Part shown: positions 26,009-29,940 of the stretch, piece after piece
Numbering within the stretch: the first letter of the stretch is position 1
How the letters are laid out: each line of letters opens with the position of its first letter
Source: an uncultured Oligoflexus sp.
Lineage (GTDB): Bacteria; Bdellovibrionota_B; Oligoflexia; Oligoflexales; Oligoflexaceae
Length of the DNA stretch: 29,940 nucleotides
Assembly: GCA_964236955.1 (NCBI GenBank)
Contig: CAXSGP010000056.1
Location: 1 to 29,940, forward strand
Reading direction: 5' to 3'
The notes under the pieces: generated by a model
The model's database searches: none
Told to the model about the DNA's origin: nothing
Seen by the model: the letters and a program-made list of their open reading frames with translations, nothing else
Made by a program: the position numbers and the translations under genes

Positions 26009-26036
26009 GTATCGGCAGCTAGGCATCCTTTCTTTA
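26009..26036 (-). promoter_or_regulatory. Putative sigma-28 (FliA)-type promoter
   Basis: Minus strand TAAAG-N15-GCCGATAC, ending 42 nt upstream of ATG 25966. Confidence 0.65.
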
Positions 26037-26495
26037 GGGAAATTTTAAATCGGTTAAGACTGACCTTTTATCGATGCAGTTTCGGGATGTTCGGCCTGGT
26101 TTTAGCTCGTCATGCAAAATTATGTGTTTTTGTTTAAGGGATCCAGCGCCCCATCCGAAAAGATTAACCGTATACGGTGCGCAACTGGGACTCGACACAA
26201 TTCTTTGGCAATCCAGGATTCAGGATTACAACTGTGAAAAAATCAATGAATTTCCCATAGTTGACGCGAGCTTCCGTCAAAGTTGATCGGCGATAACTGC
26301 CCGCCAATCGCTTTGTAAAGTTAAAATGAGAACGACCCTGCCTTCGTCAGAGCCTGCAAAACCGGCGTATTTATCAAGCTGCCTGTAGCAGCCTTTTTTT
26401 CGTGCCGCGAACCCGCAAAAAATCGTTCTCCGCACTGACACTTTCCCAAATTTTGCGTATAAGCTTCTGCAAGACATCTCACCTAAGGTCAAAGT

Positions 26496-27752
26496 ATGAA
26501 AAACGGTCAAACTTCCTCAAACAAAAAAAAGCGTCGATGGTCTTATTTGACAGCTGCATTTTTGCTCTTAATCCTAGGCGGTTTTTTCGCCATTAAGTCG
26601 TTTCGCTCTGGCGGCGAAAGCAAAACCAAAACAGCAAGCGTCATAAAGAAGAATATTGTTCAATCCCTACAGCTTTCCGGAAAAGTAGTGCCCGAAAAAA
26701 CGATGGTGATTACCGCTCAACAATCCGGTCGCATCGTGGAACTAAATGTTAAAGAAGGTGCCAAGGTGGATACGGGGGACCTCCTCTTCTCCATGCAACT
26801 CGAAGCAAGTGGCCAAACGGAACTGATGGAGATGCGTTCTCATGTTCGCGCTCTGGAGCAGGAACTGGGATCAGCCTCACGGCTTGTGAAAAATAAAAAC
26901 TTAGTAAAAGACCTTATCGGCGTCGATCAGGTGGCCCGGGAAGAGAGTGATCTCGAAAAGCTTAAAATTGAATTGTCCTCCGCACGCGAGAGACTTCATG
27001 TCGTCGAATCCAACCTTGGGCTTAACGCCAAGTCAAGCCTGAAAGCCAAAGGACCGGCCGTGTCCTCGGGGCTCGTTTACGTACGGTCGCCGACCGCTGG
27101 GATTGTAACTCTTGTCGATAAGAGACCCGGTGATTTTGTTATGGGCGGCGCCGGCATGGGGGCCGTGAGTTCGGACATCGGTGGCAGCAATGAACGTATG
27201 GTCATGGTCGTTGCCGACATGAATCACCTACAGGTTCGCACCAAGGTCATGGAAACAGATCTCCGTTTTGTCAAAAAAGGCCTTGATGTAAAGGTCAGAC
27301 TCGACGCTTACCCAGACATCGCGTATCAGGGCAAGGTCGAGCAGATCGGTGGTCAGGGGCGTGCCGATCAAAAGGCGGGCTACACCTACTTCGATATGTA
27401 TGTAGCAATCGATCAGAGCGATGCGCGCCTCCTGCCGGAAATGAACGCCTCCGTAGACCTTATCTTTGATCAGCAGGACAACGCATTAACCTTGCCACTG
27501 TCTTGCGTGCTTATGCTTCCCAAGCAGTCCTATGTCCGCTTATCAGATGACAAAAACCCAAAGGGCTATCGCTATGCCCTCGTTCAGACTGGAGCCGCGA
27601 GTGCCTCCGATGTACAGATTCTTTCCGGGCTTAAGGAAGGTGACGTAGTCCAGGAAATCGATTTTGCCTCGCCTGATATCTTTGATCCCCTGCAGGAAAA
27701 GAAAGGTCTGGAAGCAGTGCAAAGCGATAAAAACAAGGCGGCCGCGCTGTGA
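26496..27752 (+). CDS. Efflux periplasmic adaptor subunit, MacA-like
   Basis: N-terminal membrane anchor, lipoyl halves SGRIVELNVKEGAKV and VRSPTAGIV flanking a coiled coil, then LLPEMNASV and VQILSGLKEGD. Confidence 0.9.
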   Translation: MKNGQTSSNKKKRRWSYLTAAFLLLILGGFFAIKSFRSGGESKTKTASVIKKNIVQSLQLSGKVVPEKTMVITAQQSGRIVELNVKEGAKVDTGDLLFSMQLEASGQTELMEMRSHVRALEQELGSASRLVKNKNLVKDLIGVDQVAREESDLEKLKIELSSARERLHVVESNLGLNAKSSLKAKGPAVSSGLVYVRSPTAGIVTLVDKRPGDFVMGGAGMGAVSSDIGGSNERMVMVVADMNHLQVRTKVMETDLRFVKKGLDVKVRLDAYPDIAYQGKVEQIGGQGRADQKAGYTYFDMYVAIDQSDARLLPEMNASVDLIFDQQDNALTLPLSCVLMLPKQSYVRLSDDKNPKGYRYALVQTGAASASDVQILSGLKEGDVVQEIDFASPDIFDPLQEKKGLEAVQSDKNKAAAL

Positions 27753-29800
27753 ACACGCTTATCGATATTCAGGATCTCTATTATCGTTATGGCAAGGACG
27801 AGGCGGCTTTTCTTGCATTAAAAGACTTATCTTTAAAAATAGACGCTGGCGAATTTGTAGCTATCACGGGTGCTTCGGGCTCGGGTAAATCCACTCTCAT
27901 GAACCTTTTGGGCACGCTTGCAACGACCACTGAGGGAAGCTTTGCAATTGAAGGTAAGAACACCGCTGACCTCCAGGCGGATGATTTGTCATCTTTGCGT
28001 AACCAAAGCATTGGTTTTGTCTTTCAACAGTTTCATCTTCTGCCGCGCCTTTCAATTCTTGAAAATATCCTGATGCCCTCCCATTACCTTCAGCCACGTC
28101 CCGATGCTGAAAAGCGCCATTTTTACTACCAACGGGCTTTAGAGCTTATGACCCGCCTTGGTATTCAGGATCAGGGCGAAAAGCTGCCCGTGCATCTCAG
28201 CGGCGGCCAAAAGCAGAGAGCTGCGATCGCCAGGGCCCTCCTGCTCGATCCCGCTATTATCCTTGCCGATGAACCCACGGGAGCTTTGGATTCCAAAAGT
28301 TCAGCTGAGGTAATGAGGATCTTTGCCCAGCTTCACGAAGAAGGCCGCACGGTGATACTGATCACCCATGACCATGAAGTCGCGAGTGTTGCCAAGCGCC
28401 GCATTGAACTTAAGGACGGCAATGTCATCCTCGATGTCAAACAAGAGGGTATGCCCGTTCCCAAATCTTTGCCTGCCATGGATGCGAACGGGCTTGAGGC
28501 CCTTCCTCTTGCTCATTTGCCCGTCCCTTCGCGCTGGCAATGGACGGCTCCCCTGCGGCAAGCCTGGCAAGCGCTCCTCTCTTCGAAGCTTCGGACCGCG
28601 TTGACCTGCCTGGGCCTGGTCATCGGCGTGACTTCCATCACCACGATGCTTACCCTGGGGACCGCCGCTCAGGAGGTTATTCTTAAAATTTTCGACACGG
28701 CCGGCGCGGACAGGGTCTATGTGGGGCTCGATTATCAGGCTTCGCGAACCAACTCCAATGGCTTTTGGCAAGGCCTCCACGTGGACCAGGATCTGCCGGC
28801 GATGCAGGCGACCTTTGGGCGGTATGGAAGGATTTCCCTTCTCTGGCAGGACTTCAACCAAAACGCCATTATCGGGGGTCTGTCCTCGGAAGTGAAGATC
28901 GACACCTTTGAAAGTATCGCCACCTTTACTGATCAGGGTTTAAAGCTGGCAAAAGGCCGAATGATTGCCCCGCAAGAGTTTCAGGACTCAGGACTGGTTG
29001 CCGTGGTGGGCTCCGAATTTGCGGAGACGATGTTTCCAAAGCAATACGCTGGAAGATTCACCAACTTACAGTTTCCAATCGGCGAACAGATTGCCCTCCG
29101 GGGCCGATTAAACTCGACAATTACAATCATTGGCATCCTCAATAAACGCGATACGAGTTTCAGTGAGAAAGACTTCAACTCTAAGGTCTATATTCCGCTA
29201 TCTACCCTTCTCCACTACACGACGGAAAAGCGGGCAACCTGGATTTCCGTAGTTCCCAAGGTCGGTGTTCCACAGCGATGGCTGGCCGACTCAGTCGCGA
29301 ATTACCTCAAGATAAAATCAGGTTTGAAATTTCCATTCCGGGCCGAAGTCCCCGAAGAGCAAATTGGAAAAGTCATGCTTTTTATCAAGATATTTCAGGG
29401 CTTGACGACGCTCATCGGCGGTCTTTGCATCTTAGTCGGTGGCATCGGCATCATGAATATTATGCTCGTGACCATTGCCGAACGGATCAAAGAAATCGGC
29501 TTGAGAAAAGCACTTGGGGCTACCAGTCGCGATATCGTAAGACAGTTTTTGGCTGAATGTATGATGCTCTGTTTGATCTCGGGGCTGGCCGGTACCTTCA
29601 TTGGAGCGGTATTTTGTAACGTGGTGGCGATGGCTGGACATTTTATTCTGCCCGACATCATTCCGCAGCAGTTGCTCTTGAATCCCACCGGGCTCATTCT
29701 TGGCCTTGGGACCGCGATTTTTTGCGGCATGACTTTTGGAATGATGCCTGCCCTTCGCGCCTCGCGGCTTGATCCCAGCGAAGCGCTCCGTAGTGAATAA
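27749..29800 (+). CDS. macB: MacB-family fused ABC ATPase/permease
   Basis: Walker A GASGSGKST, GFVFQQFHLL, LSGGQKQR and LADEPTGALD. Permease motifs RTALTCLGLVIGV, VGGIGIMNIMLVTIAERIKEIGLRKALGA and PALRASRLDP. GTGA overlap with the adaptor gene. Confidence 0.93.
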   Translation: MNTLIDIQDLYYRYGKDEAAFLALKDLSLKIDAGEFVAITGASGSGKSTLMNLLGTLATTTEGSFAIEGKNTADLQADDLSSLRNQSIGFVFQQFHLLPRLSILENILMPSHYLQPRPDAEKRHFYYQRALELMTRLGIQDQGEKLPVHLSGGQKQRAAIARALLLDPAIILADEPTGALDSKSSAEVMRIFAQLHEEGRTVILITHDHEVASVAKRRIELKDGNVILDVKQEGMPVPKSLPAMDANGLEALPLAHLPVPSRWQWTAPLRQAWQALLSSKLRTALTCLGLVIGVTSITTMLTLGTAAQEVILKIFDTAGADRVYVGLDYQASRTNSNGFWQGLHVDQDLPAMQATFGRYGRISLLWQDFNQNAIIGGLSSEVKIDTFESIATFTDQGLKLAKGRMIAPQEFQDSGLVAVVGSEFAETMFPKQYAGRFTNLQFPIGEQIALRGRLNSTITIIGILNKRDTSFSEKDFNSKVYIPLSTLLHYTTEKRATWISVVPKVGVPQRWLADSVANYLKIKSGLKFPFRAEVPEEQIGKVMLFIKIFQGLTTLIGGLCILVGGIGIMNIMLVTIAERIKEIGLRKALGATSRDIVRQFLAECMMLCLISGLAGTFIGAVFCNVVAMAGHFILPDIIPQQLLLNPTGLILGLGTAIFCGMTFGMMPALRASRLDPSEALRSE

Positions 29801-29822
29801 TAGACCCCGGAATAGGAATTAT

Positions 29823-29940
29823 ATGCTGATGACAGCTTTGCATCGCCCTTACTTCACCATTATTTTGCTCGCCATTTTGTTCCTTAATTCAAAAGCCATC
29901 GCTGACACTTTGCGCATGGAGAAAGTCGCGAGTCAACTCG
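29823..29940 (+). CDS. 5' part of a secreted protein truncated by the window end, possibly the TolC-like partner
   Basis: AGGA upstream of ATG 29823. The frame MLMTALHRPYFTIILLAILFLNSKAIA-DTLRMEKVASQL stays open to the end and has a signal peptide. The TolC call is inferred from context only. Confidence 0.55.
   Translation, partial: MLMTALHRPYFTIILLAILFLNSKAIADTLRMEKVASQL

Noticed and set aside
537..29730. Numerous 60-190 aa ORFs in the track that lie antisense or out of frame within the called genes, plus 13763-14086 and 15469-15717
   Set aside because: These are shadow ORFs of well-supported genes, or have no RBS, motif or protein-like composition.
1..29940. CRISPR array, tRNA/rRNA, integrase/transposase or anti-phage defence genes
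   Set aside because: I saw no regularly spaced repeats, cloverleaf motifs or recognisable mobile or defence protein signatures by eye.

Overview
Bacterial chromosomal window of about 50% GC. I found no rRNA, tRNA, CRISPR array or mobile element. The many secreted lipoproteins (PA14, DUF1566, trypsin, OmpA) and the sigma-28-like promoters suggest a Bdellovibrionota/Oligoflexia-like host, but this is inference only. From left to right the window holds: (1) a four-gene operon of a Ca2+-type (P2A) P-type ATPase with an N-terminal HMA2-like domain, a DUF5132-like small protein and two stand-alone HMA2-like proteins; (2) mostly secreted proteins: a GH5 endoglycoceramidase-like enzyme, a sterol desaturase-family protein, a 77-aa secreted peptide, a PI-PLC/beta-gamma-crystallin lipoprotein, an OmpA/Pal-like lipoprotein, a DUF1566 lipoprotein, a class V PLP enzyme, a trypsin-like protease, a secreted protein with heme-thiolate peroxidase/peroxygenase-like motifs and a small CX4CH cytochrome c lipoprotein; (3) a TrpR-like (YerC/YecD) regulator, a 28-bp palindromic operator and a complete gammaproteobacterial-type hisGDC(NB)HAF(IE) operon; (4) a GDSL lipase, a PA14 lipoprotein and a MacAB-type efflux operon that runs off the window end. 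The best leads are the candidate bacterial heme-thiolate peroxygenase, the HMA2/DUF5132/P2A-ATPase module and the TrpR-like regulator with its operator on the his operon. All family calls come from motif recognition by eye; no database search was run.
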